From NCBI GenBank assembly GCA_963665235.2, contig CAXXLX010000001.1, positions 2,816,001 through 2,880,000 of the forward strand: a stretch of 64,000 nt of DNA, given 5' to 3'. The position numbers were made by a program, and so were the translations under genes. Source of the DNA: Candidatus Poribacteria bacterium. GTDB taxonomy: Bacteria > Poribacteria > WGA-4E > WGA-3G. The notes beneath the pieces are model-generated. The model saw nothing but the letters and a program-made list of their open reading frames with translations. It did not search any database and was not told where the DNA came from. This document shows, piece after piece, positions 48,488-57,913 of this stretch; within the stretch, counting starts at the first letter, position 1, and the number at the start of each line of letters is the position of its first letter.

Positions 48488-49828
48488 ATGAAAATACTCG
48501 TTGTTGACGATGAAAAATTAAAACGCATCACGTTACGCGATGATTTACGCGAATCAAACTACGATGTCATCGCCGTAGAATCCCCGTTAATAGGACTCCA
48601 GCTCTTGCAACAGGAGCCTTTTGATGTCCTTGTAACCGACTTACGGATGCCGCAGATGCACGGGATTGATTTCCTCAAACGGGTTAAAAAGGAACATCCC
48701 CATATCACCGTAATCGTCATGACGGCTTACGCTAGCGTTGAAACCGCTGTTGAGGCACTGAGATTCGGGGCATACAACTACATAAAAAAACCTTTTTCAA
48801 GCGACGAGCTAATACTCATGCTGGATAAACTGAAAGCACTCCGGGGTAAAACACCGGTCGAAAATGCCCAGTCGCCCCTCGTAACACTTGGGACGGACCA
48901 ACAGCCCTCTCTCTACCAAACATTAATTGGCAAAAGCCCACAGATTCAAGAAATTTTTAAATTAATACCAAATGTTGCAGCTGCAGACAGCAATGTGCTC
49001 CTATATGGTGAAGCGGGGACAGGCAAATCGCTCCTTGCAAAAACGATACACCTCGGCAGCTCCCGAAAGCACAAACCTTACGTGAACCTCAATTGTGCCG
49101 GAATGACTACTGAAACGTTGGAAACAGAGCTCTTTGGCAATGAGGCGCGCCAAGGGAAATTGCAACTAGCGAACCACGGCACGCTTTTCATCGCAAATGT
49201 AGACACGATTCCGATGGCACTACAAGCGAAACTGCTAGCGGTACTAGAGGAACAAACGCTTGAGGGGACAACAGAAAACGTGAATTTGCGAATTATTTCA
49301 ACAACGCGCGAAAATCTCAAGGAGAAAACCCAGCGCGGCGAATTTCACGATGAACTCTATTACCTATTGAACGTTATCCCGCTCTTCCTACCGCCGTTAC
49401 GGGAACGGAAAGGCGATATACAGGTGCTTATCAACCATTTTTTAGATATTTTCTCACCGCACCACCCCATCCGAATTGAGCAGGAGGCGGTCAATACGCT
49501 TGTCGCTTATCCGTGGCCGGGGAACGTCAGCGAACTTGAGAATATAATTGAGAGGCTCGTGGCGGTTAGCGATGGGGCAAATATCACGGCTGAGGACATC
49601 CCTATTGAACTTAAGCTTCCAATGCCGCAGCAACTTGACGACATGCTGAGCTTGACCTCGTTCCACGAAATTATTAAGTCCACCGAACGGGAACTTATTG
49701 CATGGGCAATGCGAAAAACAAAAGGGAACAAAACGCAGGCCGCACGGTTGCTCTCAATGAAACCGTCTACCTTTCGCGACGCGCTTGCAAAGCACAGTAA
49801 TATATCGGGTATTCTGAGCGTGCCATGA
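48488..49828 (+). CDS. NtrC-like response regulator (REC-AAA-Fis) lacking GAFTGA
   Basis: VVDD/TDLRMP/KP receiver; GEAGTGKS; ELFGNEARQG (no GAFTGA); Walker B reads FIANVD; GNKTQAARLL. Confidence 0.9.
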   Translation: MKILVVDDEKLKRITLRDDLRESNYDVIAVESPLIGLQLLQQEPFDVLVTDLRMPQMHGIDFLKRVKKEHPHITVIVMTAYASVETAVEALRFGAYNYIKKPFSSDELILMLDKLKALRGKTPVENAQSPLVTLGTDQQPSLYQTLIGKSPQIQEIFKLIPNVAAADSNVLLYGEAGTGKSLLAKTIHLGSSRKHKPYVNLNCAGMTTETLETELFGNEARQGKLQLANHGTLFIANVDTIPMALQAKLLAVLEEQTLEGTTENVNLRIISTTRENLKEKTQRGEFHDELYYLLNVIPLFLPPLRERKGDIQVLINHFLDIFSPHHPIRIEQEAVNTLVAYPWPGNVSELENIIERLVAVSDGANITAEDIPIELKLPMPQQLDDMLSLTSFHEIIKSTERELIAWAMRKTKGNKTQAARLLSMKPSTFRDALAKHSNISGILSVP

Positions 49829-49967
49829 ATCAAATCCAGTGGGAAGACTAAAGACAGTAAAGATCACCCAGCTAAAGCTTGGGTGCTTTGACAAAGCGTA
49901 GCCACACACGTTCCCTGTCAAGGATTAAGTTCTTCACTACAGTAATATATCGGGTATTCTGAGCGTG
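49794..49967 (+). repeat. 29-bp direct repeat: omega-RNA scaffold segment copied into the regulator 3' end
   Basis: acagtaatatatcgggtattctgagcgtg at 49794-49822 and 49939-49967. Confidence 0.9.
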
Positions 49968-50065
49968 GCAGCTCATAAGATGTCTCGGATGCTCCCCAAG
50001 TCCGACCCCTCTCTGAATACCTGATCTGGATGGGGAAACCATATACAACCCGAAAGGGAGATTAC
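49857..50065 (+). ncRNA. Putative IsrB omega-RNA scaffold (5' guide from the left flank)
   Basis: Structured region upstream of isrB: atcgggtattc pairs with gaatacctgat; ggatgctccccaagtcc pseudoknot-type motif with downstream tgggga. Confidence 0.7.
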
Positions 50066-50070
50066 AAACT

Positions 50071-51123
50071 ATGTTTGTTCCGGTTCAAAGCAAGTCTGGC
50101 AAACCCTTAATGCCGACAGATTCTAACAAAGCGGGTGTGCTAATCAAAAAAGGATTGGCAACGCCATATTGGCGTAACGGTATCTTTTGTATTCGGTTAA
50201 ACTACGAGACAAAAGAACACACACAGGAAATCTGTGTGGGCGTGGACCCTGGCTCCAAGAAAGAAGGCTTCACGGTGAAGTCTGAGGCTCACACATATCT
50301 GAATGTGCAAGCGGATGCACATAACAAGGTTGGAAAAAAAGTTAAAAGAAGACGTATATTGAGACGGGGTCGTAGAACCCGGAAGTGTCCAAACCGGAAG
50401 CATCGAACAAATCGAGTAGCGAAGAAAGCACGGCTCCCGGCAGGCACCCGTGCCCGTTGGGATTGGAAACTTCGGATATTAGATTGGTTGTCTAAACTTT
50501 ATCCTGTTACACACGTCTGCGTTGAGGACATCAAAGCACGGACTATTGAACGTGCTAAGAAATGGAACACAGCTTTTAGTCCACTTGAGGTGGGCAAGAC
50601 CTGGTTTTATGGTGAGATAGAAAAGCGGTGGGAGCTGCTAACCCTTCAAGGGTGGCAGACAAAACAGCTGCGTGACAAGCTCGGTTTGAAAAAGTCATCT
50701 CAAAAGTTGGCAGAGACTTTTGAGGCACATTGCGTTGACTCGTGGTGTTTAGCCTACTATACCGTGGGGGGTGATGCGGAAACCGTGGACAATACAGACA
50801 TATTCTGCATTTCACCGATACCCATACGTAGGCGTGAACTGCATCGGCAGAACCCACAAACCGGGGGAAAGAGACCCCGCTATGGGGGGACTGTGCTAAC
50901 GGATACACTTATCAAAAACACACTGATCAAACATGGTAAGCATGGTATCACACGTCCGAGGTCCCACCGAGGACATCCTATTACGGGTATTAATGCAAAA
51001 GGGTTGTTTTCTATCTATAGCTTAGAAGGTGAACGCCTCACAACGGGTGCGAAACGCACAGATTTTCAAGTGCTAACACGCTTGAACTTCAACTATAAAG
51101 GCGGATTTTCCTCCCCCGCATAA
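50071..51123 (+). CDS. isrB: IsrB RNA-guided nickase (PLMP/RRXRR, RuvC, no HNH)
   Basis: KPLMPT, RuvC-I GVDPGSK, Arg-rich bridge helix, RuvC-II VEDIK, RuvC-III AHCVDS; 350 aa with no HNH. Confidence 0.85.
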   Translation: MFVPVQSKSGKPLMPTDSNKAGVLIKKGLATPYWRNGIFCIRLNYETKEHTQEICVGVDPGSKKEGFTVKSEAHTYLNVQADAHNKVGKKVKRRRILRRGRRTRKCPNRKHRTNRVAKKARLPAGTRARWDWKLRILDWLSKLYPVTHVCVEDIKARTIERAKKWNTAFSPLEVGKTWFYGEIEKRWELLTLQGWQTKQLRDKLGLKKSSQKLAETFEAHCVDSWCLAYYTVGGDAETVDNTDIFCISPIPIRRRELHRQNPQTGGKRPRYGGTVLTDTLIKNTLIKHGKHGITRPRSHRGHPITGINAKGLFSIYSLEGERLTTGAKRTDFQVLTRLNFNYKGGFSSPA

Positions 51124-51153
51124 ATGCTGAGGGTTTCCAATCCGAAGAACTTG

Positions 51154-51759
51154 ATGAATGTGACACCTGAACAGAAACGTGAAGCTATTCGCGCAGAAAC
51201 TTTGCGGCACCGTGAGCAGCTTTCATTCACAGCCCGGACCACACGAAGTAAACAAATTGCCGCGCACGTGACGCAGTGGATACAGCAAACTGAAGAAACC
51301 ACGCTTGAGGCGGTGATGGTTTATCTAAGTATGAAAAGTGAGGTGCAAACCTACGGGCTCATCGACTCACTTTTCACTCTAGGAAAGCGGGTTATTGCCC
51401 CGGAGGTTGACGTGGCGAACCGTCAACTCATACCGCGGCACATCCAGAATCTGGAAACGGACCTAGTCCGCCACCCGTACGGCATGTTGCAACCGAATGC
51501 AACATGCCCCGTTTTTCCAAGCATGCAACTTCAACTTGTGCTTGTCCCCGGTATCGCCTTCGATGTGAACGGGTATCGCCTCGGATACGGCAAGGGGTTT
51601 TATGACCGTTTTCTACCGACATGTCCGAACGCTGTCACAATCGGTCTCGCTTATCAGCTACAACTTGTGGAGGAGACTTATCCGCAACCGTGGGATGTCC
51701 CTGTGCAACATATTTTCACAGAAAATGGACGAATTGCAATTTCTAGCCGCGCCCGATAG
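51154..51759 (+). CDS. ygfA: 5-formyltetrahydrofolate cyclo-ligase
   Basis: YLSMKSEV, VPGIAFD.GYRLGYGKGFYDR, WDVP; true start probably ATG 51154 at the element boundary. Confidence 0.93.
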   Translation: MNVTPEQKREAIRAETLRHREQLSFTARTTRSKQIAAHVTQWIQQTEETTLEAVMVYLSMKSEVQTYGLIDSLFTLGKRVIAPEVDVANRQLIPRHIQNLETDLVRHPYGMLQPNATCPVFPSMQLQLVLVPGIAFDVNGYRLGYGKGFYDRFLPTCPNAVTIGLAYQLQLVEETYPQPWDVPVQHIFTENGRIAISSRAR

Positions 51760-51768
51760 CTAAAAACG

Positions 51769-52512
51769 TCAATCTACACCGATAAACGGTTTCAATTTCT
51801 CCAACGTCTTTTCTCCAATACCTTTTACTTCCATCAAGGCATCGACGGAAGAAAAATTGCCGTTTTCTTTACGATACTGGACAATTCGTAGTGCTGTTTT
51901 TGGACCGATGCCTGGAAATTTTTGGAGCTCTTCAACGGTAGCAGTGTTGATATTAAGTACTGCGGGTTTATCTTTAGGCGGTTGTTTCTGCTTTTGTTCA
52001 GCAGTTTCTTGCTTCGTCTCTGTGCTTGGCGATGTTTGAGGCTCTTGGACGGTGGCGGTGTTGGTATTGACCGGTTTTTGTTTCTGTTCGGGCGGTTTTT
52101 TCTGTTCAGCAGTTTCTTGCTTCGTCTCTGTGCTTGGCGATGTTTGAGGCTCTTGGACGGTGGCGGTGTTGGTATTGACCGGTTTCTGTTTCTGTTCGGG
52201 CGGTTTTTTCTGTTTAGCGGTTTCTTGCTTCGTCTCTGTGCTTGGCGATGTTTGAGGCTCTTGGACGGTGGCGGTGTTGGTATTGACCGGTTTCTGTTTC
52301 TGTTCGGGTTGTGCTTGCTTCGGGACTGCAATAAAATCCGGTTTCCCTAGAAATAGGGCGGGGTTAGATCGGCGCACCCCCCAAAATGCTGTTCCAATTA
52401 AAATAAGGGTGAGCAGGAAGGTAACAGCATGCCAATAGTGTTTTTCCACGACACCTTCAATATCGCTATGTGTGTTCTGTTTTGTCACTGCGGTCCTCCT
52501 CAGGATGTCCAA
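51769..52512 (-). CDS. comEA: ComEA-family DNA-binding protein with a repeat-expanded linker
   Basis: TM; C-terminal LNINTAT.EEL..PGIGPKTA...F.SVD.L..VKGIG HhH. Confidence 0.88.
   Translation of the reverse strand: MDILRRTAVTKQNTHSDIEGVVEKHYWHAVTFLLTLILIGTAFWGVRRSNPALFLGKPDFIAVPKQAQPEQKQKPVNTNTATVQEPQTSPSTETKQETAKQKKPPEQKQKPVNTNTATVQEPQTSPSTETKQETAEQKKPPEQKQKPVNTNTATVQEPQTSPSTETKQETAEQKQKQPPKDKPAVLNINTATVEELQKFPGIGPKTALRIVQYRKENGNFSSVDALMEVKGIGEKTLEKLKPFIGVD
51993..52308 (-). repeat. Three 108-bp coding tandem repeats (36 aa)
   Basis: KQKPVNTNTATVQEPQTSPSTETKQETA.QKKPPEQ; DNA period 108. Confidence 0.92.
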
Positions 52513-53042
52513 ATCGGTTCTGGCATTTGTGCTTGATGATTTACCGCGCGCGCTAAAACAAATAACAGGTCTGACAGTCGGTTTAAACTGCGGAGTATTT
52601 CTGGGTTCACATCCGTTTCACGGGCAAGCCGGACGACACATCGTTCACATCGTCTGCATACGGCACGTGCGACGTGGAGTGCGGCACCGGCGGTGCAACC
52701 CCCGGGCAGAATGAAGTTTGTCAGGGGCGGAAGCGCAGCGGAAAGATTATCAATTGCTGTCTCCATCTCTGTCGTAAAATCTGCCGTTATCCTTAGCGCG
52801 GCGGCTTTTGTATGGGTATCGGGTGTCGCTAAGTCCGCCCCAATTGCGAACAGATGATTTTGGATACGCGCTATCAGCTCGGAAAGCATGGTATCATCAA
52901 TTAACGTACGTGCATAACCTATAGAGGCGTTGAGTTCGTCAACTGTGCCTAGTGCTTCAAACTGTAGAGCATCTTTCGGGAGCCGGGTACCACCGTATAG
53001 TGAGGTCTCTCCAGCATCCCCAAATTTGGTATAAATTTTCAT
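52500..53042 (-). CDS. pduO: ATP:cob(I)alamin adenosyltransferase, PduO type
   Basis: MKIYTK.GD.G.T, GTVDELN, FILPGG, ARAVCRRCER, LNRLSD. Confidence 0.93.
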   Translation of the reverse strand: MKIYTKFGDAGETSLYGGTRLPKDALQFEALGTVDELNASIGYARTLIDDTMLSELIARIQNHLFAIGADLATPDTHTKAAALRITADFTTEMETAIDNLSAALPPLTNFILPGGCTAGAALHVARAVCRRCERCVVRLARETDVNPEILRSLNRLSDLLFVLARAVNHQAQMPEPIWTS

Positions 53043-53085
53043 AAACTCCATTTTACAATATATCACAAAAGGAATCAAGAAAATT

Positions 53086-54414
53086 ATGGCAACTGTTATT
53101 GAAAACGTTAATGTCGTTGATTTACGTATCCCGACATCGGATACACTGCTCGGGTCCGATCCGTTTCACAAAAAGCCGAACTATTCGGCTGTACTTACAA
53201 CGTTAGAGACGAACACTGGGCATTGCGGTATCTCTGTTGCGTTCACCGCCGGGGCAGGAAACGATTGGATTGCATACGGTGTCAGGGACCTCGCGAAACT
53301 TGTCGTTGATATGCCAATAATCAATTTTATAAACGCGCCAGGCGTGTTTCACAAACTCCTCGTCGACCATCATCAGCTAAGGTGGCTGGCTGATGGAGTC
53401 AACCGTATGGCAATCGGCAGCATTGTCAATGCAATGTGGGACCTCTGGGCGAAACTGGCTGAAAAACCGCTCTGGAAACTTCTTGTCGACTTACCACCGG
53501 AGACAATTCTGGAATGCATTGATTGGCGATATCTGCGAGATGCCCTGACTCCTGATGAAGCAAGACAGGCTCTGCACATGAACTGGAAAAGCTGCCCCGA
53601 GCGTGAACAGACGCTCCTGCACAAGGGGCCAAAGGCGTATTCTACCGCAGGCTGGCTCGGTCTAACAGATGACCAAATTATTGAGACAGTGAATCAGGTA
53701 AAAGCAGCGGGACTTGATTGTTTCAAGATGAAAGTCGGGCAGGATTTGGACTTCGATAAGAGACGACTCGCCTTTATTCGGGAGGTAATTGGAGACGAAG
53801 CACGTTTGATGCTCGATGCAAATCAGGTCTGGGGGGTAGATGAAGCAATCGCCTACATGAAGGAGCTCGCGATATTCGAACCGACCTGGATTGAGGAGCC
53901 GACCGCCCGCGACGATGTCTTAGGTTTTCTGCAAATTTCCCGCGCTCTGGAAAAATATGGTATCGGGGTTGCCACAGGCGAACAGGTGCCATCACCTGTC
54001 ATCTTCAAGCAGTTGCTAATGACCGGGGCTATTCAGTACTGCCAAATTGATGCAACGCGCCTTGGCGGTGTCAACGATGTGCTGGCGGTTATCATTATGG
54101 CTGCGAAGTACAATGTGCCTGTCTGTCCGCATGGCGGTGGCATCGGTTTGTGCAACATGATTCAACACTACGCTTTATGGGACCAAATCTGTGTTGCTGC
54201 GCATTCGGAGACACAGGTGGTGGAATATCTCAATTTCCTTCAGGACGATGTCTTTATCTCGCCGATTCAGATTCGCGAGGGCGCGTATGTTGCCCCGACC
54301 GCACCGGGATGGGGGTTGGAAATGTATCCTGAATTTGTGGAAAAACATGTCTATCCCACAGGCTCGGTGTGGCAGGGCAGAGAGGCATCTGGGGACATAA
54401 CGTTTTTAGCCTGA
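53086..54414 (+). CDS. L-fuconate dehydratase-like enolase superfamily enzyme
   Basis: GSDPFH, AYSTAGWLG, FKMKVG, DANQ, WIEEP, ATGE, VCPHGGG. Confidence 0.82.
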   Translation: MATVIENVNVVDLRIPTSDTLLGSDPFHKKPNYSAVLTTLETNTGHCGISVAFTAGAGNDWIAYGVRDLAKLVVDMPIINFINAPGVFHKLLVDHHQLRWLADGVNRMAIGSIVNAMWDLWAKLAEKPLWKLLVDLPPETILECIDWRYLRDALTPDEARQALHMNWKSCPEREQTLLHKGPKAYSTAGWLGLTDDQIIETVNQVKAAGLDCFKMKVGQDLDFDKRRLAFIREVIGDEARLMLDANQVWGVDEAIAYMKELAIFEPTWIEEPTARDDVLGFLQISRALEKYGIGVATGEQVPSPVIFKQLLMTGAIQYCQIDATRLGGVNDVLAVIIMAAKYNVPVCPHGGGIGLCNMIQHYALWDQICVAAHSETQVVEYLNFLQDDVFISPIQIREGAYVAPTAPGWGLEMYPEFVEKHVYPTGSVWQGREASGDITFLA

Positions 54415-54442
54415 TTTGGTATGTCCCAAAAAATTGGGCGGC

Positions 54443-55198
54443 TTAGGTTTTCGCACCTTCGGCACGGCGTTTATATTCTGCGGCACCCGCTGAAATCCAA
54501 CCGCCCATACCCACAAGTAAAAACTGCACGCCTGCCTTTACATATTTCGCAACGGTGTCGTCTGTCGTCATCGTACCTGCAACGCGCCCAGCATCTTGGA
54601 TACGTGCCAACGCCGCGTCAATCGTGTTCTGTACCTCCGGATGGTCACTGTTACCGACATGTCCCATGGAGGCCGCTAAGTCGGAAGGTGCCACAAAAAA
54701 TACATCAATATGGTCGATGGTGAGAATGTCGTCCAAATTGTTGATTGCGACAATATCCTCAATTAAGACAACTAGCAACGTCTGTGAGTTGGCAACGTCA
54801 AAATAGTTTTCCACACCGTATCCCTGACGACTTACGAACATGCCCCGATGTCCGATAGGGGCGAACTTTCCGCCATCCACGACGTTTTGCGCTTCCGCTT
54901 TCGTATTGACGTGTGGCACAACGATTCCCATTGCACCGCAATCCAAAGTGCGATAGATAAGTGCCTGCTCGTTACGATTGACACGCACCACCGATGTCAT
55001 TCCCCACAAATCACAGGCGCGTGTGAGGTTGCCTAATTCTGACGCGTCTACATTGCCGTGTTCGCCTTCCAACCACACGCCATCGTATCCGTTGGGACCG
55101 AAAGCGTCTATATCGTCAGCATTCGTCAATCCACCGATGATGTAGGCGAGCTCTCCATTTGCCAATTTCTGTTTAATCCGATTCGATCTTATTTTCAT
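54443..55198 (-). CDS. HpcH/HpaI-family aldolase
   Basis: EGEHG, LDCGAMGIVVPHV, P.G.RG, IED, APSDL. Confidence 0.88.
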   Translation of the reverse strand: MKIRSNRIKQKLANGELAYIIGGLTNADDIDAFGPNGYDGVWLEGEHGNVDASELGNLTRACDLWGMTSVVRVNRNEQALIYRTLDCGAMGIVVPHVNTKAEAQNVVDGGKFAPIGHRGMFVSRQGYGVENYFDVANSQTLLVVLIEDIVAINNLDDILTIDHIDVFFVAPSDLAASMGHVGNSDHPEVQNTIDAALARIQDAGRVAGTMTTDDTVAKYVKAGVQFLLVGMGGWISAGAAEYKRRAEGAKT

Positions 55199-56532
55199 TA
55201 TTTCTCCTCAGTTTTTGCAAGAAATTCCGCTGGTAGGACTCTATGCACGGTATCAATCACCAATTGTTCAACCCCAGGGGCAAATCGGGTGGGTTGACCG
55301 AAATAAATCATCGCGCCGCCCCCTTCATATCCGCCTTCAGCTAACACCCGTTCAGATGGGATATAGCCGGGAAACGCGTTTGAATATGCCCCCACCCAGA
55401 GTCTCGTTGCATCGAACTCCCGTTTCAGTCGCAGCGAAAAATCTACTACCACCTCACTTGCAAGGAATACAACCGCCAACGCATCATCGAACGTCCACGC
55501 TTGGACAGGATAGGAAATATCCGTTTTTATCGGTTGATTATTCTCTAACATTTCGAGATGCTTTTTGGCGTGGTATCCGATTGCACCGCCTTGTGCTGCC
55601 CGTGCCTCCCATTCGTCATGGGTTGGCAGTTTATCAAACGGCAAATTCACCCTCTCAAACGTACCTGTAGGAACAGTAGAGATGCCAATTGCATCCCGTT
55701 CAAGTTGATGAGCAACCGCGTGTGCAAGGGCTTGTCCGTGTTCCTTTGCATAAGCGAGCCGTGTTTCGAATACCTCCTGTTTTCCTTCGGGCATCGGCCG
55801 CATTCGTGACTCCGGATTTGCATCAGCCCCACATCCGATTGTTATCAGTGCAGTTACGTCGGGATGCGCGTCCTGAATCGCCTCTTGTGCGAATCCTGCC
55901 CAGTCGCCGCAGATATGGTTGTCCGCCCCAGCTAACGTTGTGCAATGACATGCATAACTTGCCCATACAGCGTGCAAAGCCCCATCAGCATCGGTAATCC
56001 GAATCACCGGTAACGCGTGGTCTACCGGCCCGCCTTCGGTTCGTCGATTTTTTGCGAAACCTACCTCACCGATGTTCCATGCCAACCGGGACGGTTTCCG
56101 GTTTGATAGTGCTTGTAGCACTACGGTTTCCATCCAGTCGGATAGTTGACGTGTGTAGCGGTCAATCTTTTCCTGCTCTTCGGGCAATATATCCGAGCTG
56201 AAAATGAACGAGGCGGCGTTTGCTAGGCACGGTGCACTGTGCGTATGGGTATAGCAGGCGACAAAATTCGCGCGCGAGATGCTTGTCTTCTGTTTTACAC
56301 GAGTAGACACCGCTTCTGTTAATTCATCGGGCAAGCCGCAGTTTTCCACAGTGACCAGGACCACGGGCCCATCGGCATCGCTACCGATAGCAAGTGCTTT
56401 TGCCCATATCCGCTGAATGATTCCTTCCGATTCTGTGCGCCGACTGCCGTAACCGTTTAACCGAATCGGATAATCCGGGGTAATATCTATTTGAGCAACC
56501 CCAACTTCAATAAGATTGTCTCTGTTTGTCAT
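55198..56532 (-). CDS. Neutral/alkaline ceramidase-like N-terminal domain protein
   Basis: GVAQIDITP, THTHSAP, YACHCT, GCGADANP, EGGYE. Confidence 0.75.
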   Translation of the reverse strand: MTNRDNLIEVGVAQIDITPDYPIRLNGYGSRRTESEGIIQRIWAKALAIGSDADGPVVLVTVENCGLPDELTEAVSTRVKQKTSISRANFVACYTHTHSAPCLANAASFIFSSDILPEEQEKIDRYTRQLSDWMETVVLQALSNRKPSRLAWNIGEVGFAKNRRTEGGPVDHALPVIRITDADGALHAVWASYACHCTTLAGADNHICGDWAGFAQEAIQDAHPDVTALITIGCGADANPESRMRPMPEGKQEVFETRLAYAKEHGQALAHAVAHQLERDAIGISTVPTGTFERVNLPFDKLPTHDEWEARAAQGGAIGYHAKKHLEMLENNQPIKTDISYPVQAWTFDDALAVVFLASEVVVDFSLRLKREFDATRLWVGAYSNAFPGYIPSERVLAEGGYEGGGAMIYFGQPTRFAPGVEQLVIDTVHRVLPAEFLAKTEEK

Positions 56533-56574
56533 GTAAATTCCTCCTAAGTAATGGAGACACGCCGTGTGCTGTCC

Positions 56575-57864
56575 TTAAAAATGTACAGTAAACGCCACTA
56601 TATGGTTTGCCTCAAGGATAGGTTTATCCGCTATTTGATGGATTAGCGCGTATTCAATAGAGAACGTCCCGTGTGTTATGCCAATTCCGGCGGTAAAACG
56701 GAGGGGTGTTCCCACCCGTTTTATGCCGAGCCGCAGTGCTATAGCGGATTCTTGCGGGATTGCCGCTTTTACCCCCGGTTTACCAAAGGGAATGCGGAAC
56801 TCGGTGCCAATTGCGAAATTAATGCCGCGCTGCCCAATAGCGTGCCACGTATCCGCTGCAAGCAAAATCGCTGATATAGGGTGATATGCAATCCCGATAC
56901 CGAGTTGCAATGGGAGCGGTTCAGCAAAGTCGGCACGCAGAAGATTTTCAAAGAGAATACCTACCTGTAGTGCTTTCGCGTCTTGTACACCGAACCTTAT
57001 CTCGCTTTGAACGCCAATATCCAACTCAAGGCGACTAGTGTTACGCTCAATTGCGGGCTGCTTTTCGTGAACGATATCCCGAATGCGGTCGCCGACCTGC
57101 AACTCATGAACGATTGCCGCTATGAGCTGTTCAGGAAACTGCGGGTCTACGCTGGGCTTGTGCCGTGCCGATAAGTCCAGGGTTGACACCGTTTGTCCCT
57201 GTTGTATATTTTGTGTAACCCATTTTAGCCGCGCACCTCCTGCAAATTCACCGATTCTATGACTGACTCCTAACCGCCAACTTTTTTCACGGTGCAGCGT
57301 CCAATCTGTGATAAGGTCTGTTTCTGAAGTGAACCAGCGGGTGCCCCTATCGTATTCAGCACGGGTAGCAGCGAGTGTAAGGTGCGCGAAGTTAGTAAAT
57401 GCCCCCGTATACCCGACACTAACCCCCCATTTTCCGAATACATGGGAATAGTAGCTTGACAGGTAAGCATCCATATCTACTTCGGCGACGAGCTGTGCAG
57501 TGCCGTGCTTTGGCAGTTGTCCCCACCTGAGATTTTCCACAGCAATATCCGCGGCAATGTTGTGGCTTTGGACGTGCACAAGCGAAGCAGGGTTGCCGAA
57601 TATTCCTGCATCTCGTGCATGTGTTGCAATTCGGGTGCCGCCCATGCTACTAATGCGGAGCAGCTCGTTTGCGCTGCTAGGCAAGGGTGCCTCGACCCCA
57701 AGGAGAAACAGGACCACAAATGCTGCGAAGCGCGGGGATGTCACGCGAAGGACTGAACGAAAAAACATGGTATCAAAATCCCTTTCGGGTGCATCTATTG
57801 CGTTATCAACATCTTTCATGTCGTTGTAAAGTTGCTTGCAGTCAATGTGAGAAATACGCGCCAC
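56575..57864 (-). CDS. Putative outer-membrane beta-barrel (PorV/FadL-like)
   Basis: SMGG...GNPASL N-terminus, amphipathic strands, terminal Phe; start uncertain. Confidence 0.5.
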   Translation of the reverse strand: MARISHIDCKQLYNDMKDVDNAIDAPERDFDTMFFRSVLRVTSPRFAAFVVLFLLGVEAPLPSSANELLRISSMGGTRIATHARDAGIFGNPASLVHVQSHNIAADIAVENLRWGQLPKHGTAQLVAEVDMDAYLSSYYSHVFGKWGVSVGYTGAFTNFAHLTLAATRAEYDRGTRWFTSETDLITDWTLHREKSWRLGVSHRIGEFAGGARLKWVTQNIQQGQTVSTLDLSARHKPSVDPQFPEQLIAAIVHELQVGDRIRDIVHEKQPAIERNTSRLELDIGVQSEIRFGVQDAKALQVGILFENLLRADFAEPLPLQLGIGIAYHPISAILLAADTWHAIGQRGINFAIGTEFRIPFGKPGVKAAIPQESAIALRLGIKRVGTPLRFTAGIGITHGTFSIEYALIHQIADKPILEANHIVAFTVHF

Positions 57865-57913
57865 TCGTCACAGGTTCACCTACTTGTTCTTACCGTTCCA
57901 ATACGCAGCATGT

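Larger units (their letters stand above)
49857..51153 (+). mobile_element. Non-autonomous IS200/IS605-like OMEGA element (omega-RNA + isrB)
   Basis: Left-end hairpin cacccagc-taaa-gcttgggtg; right-end hairpin region cctcccccgcataaatgctgaggg; followed by ATGA; no tnpA. Confidence 0.8.

Noticed and set aside
50071-51123. IscB, Cas9 or TnpB assignment
   Set aside because: PLMP N-terminus excludes TnpB; no HNH motif and 350-aa size indicate IsrB; no CRISPR array
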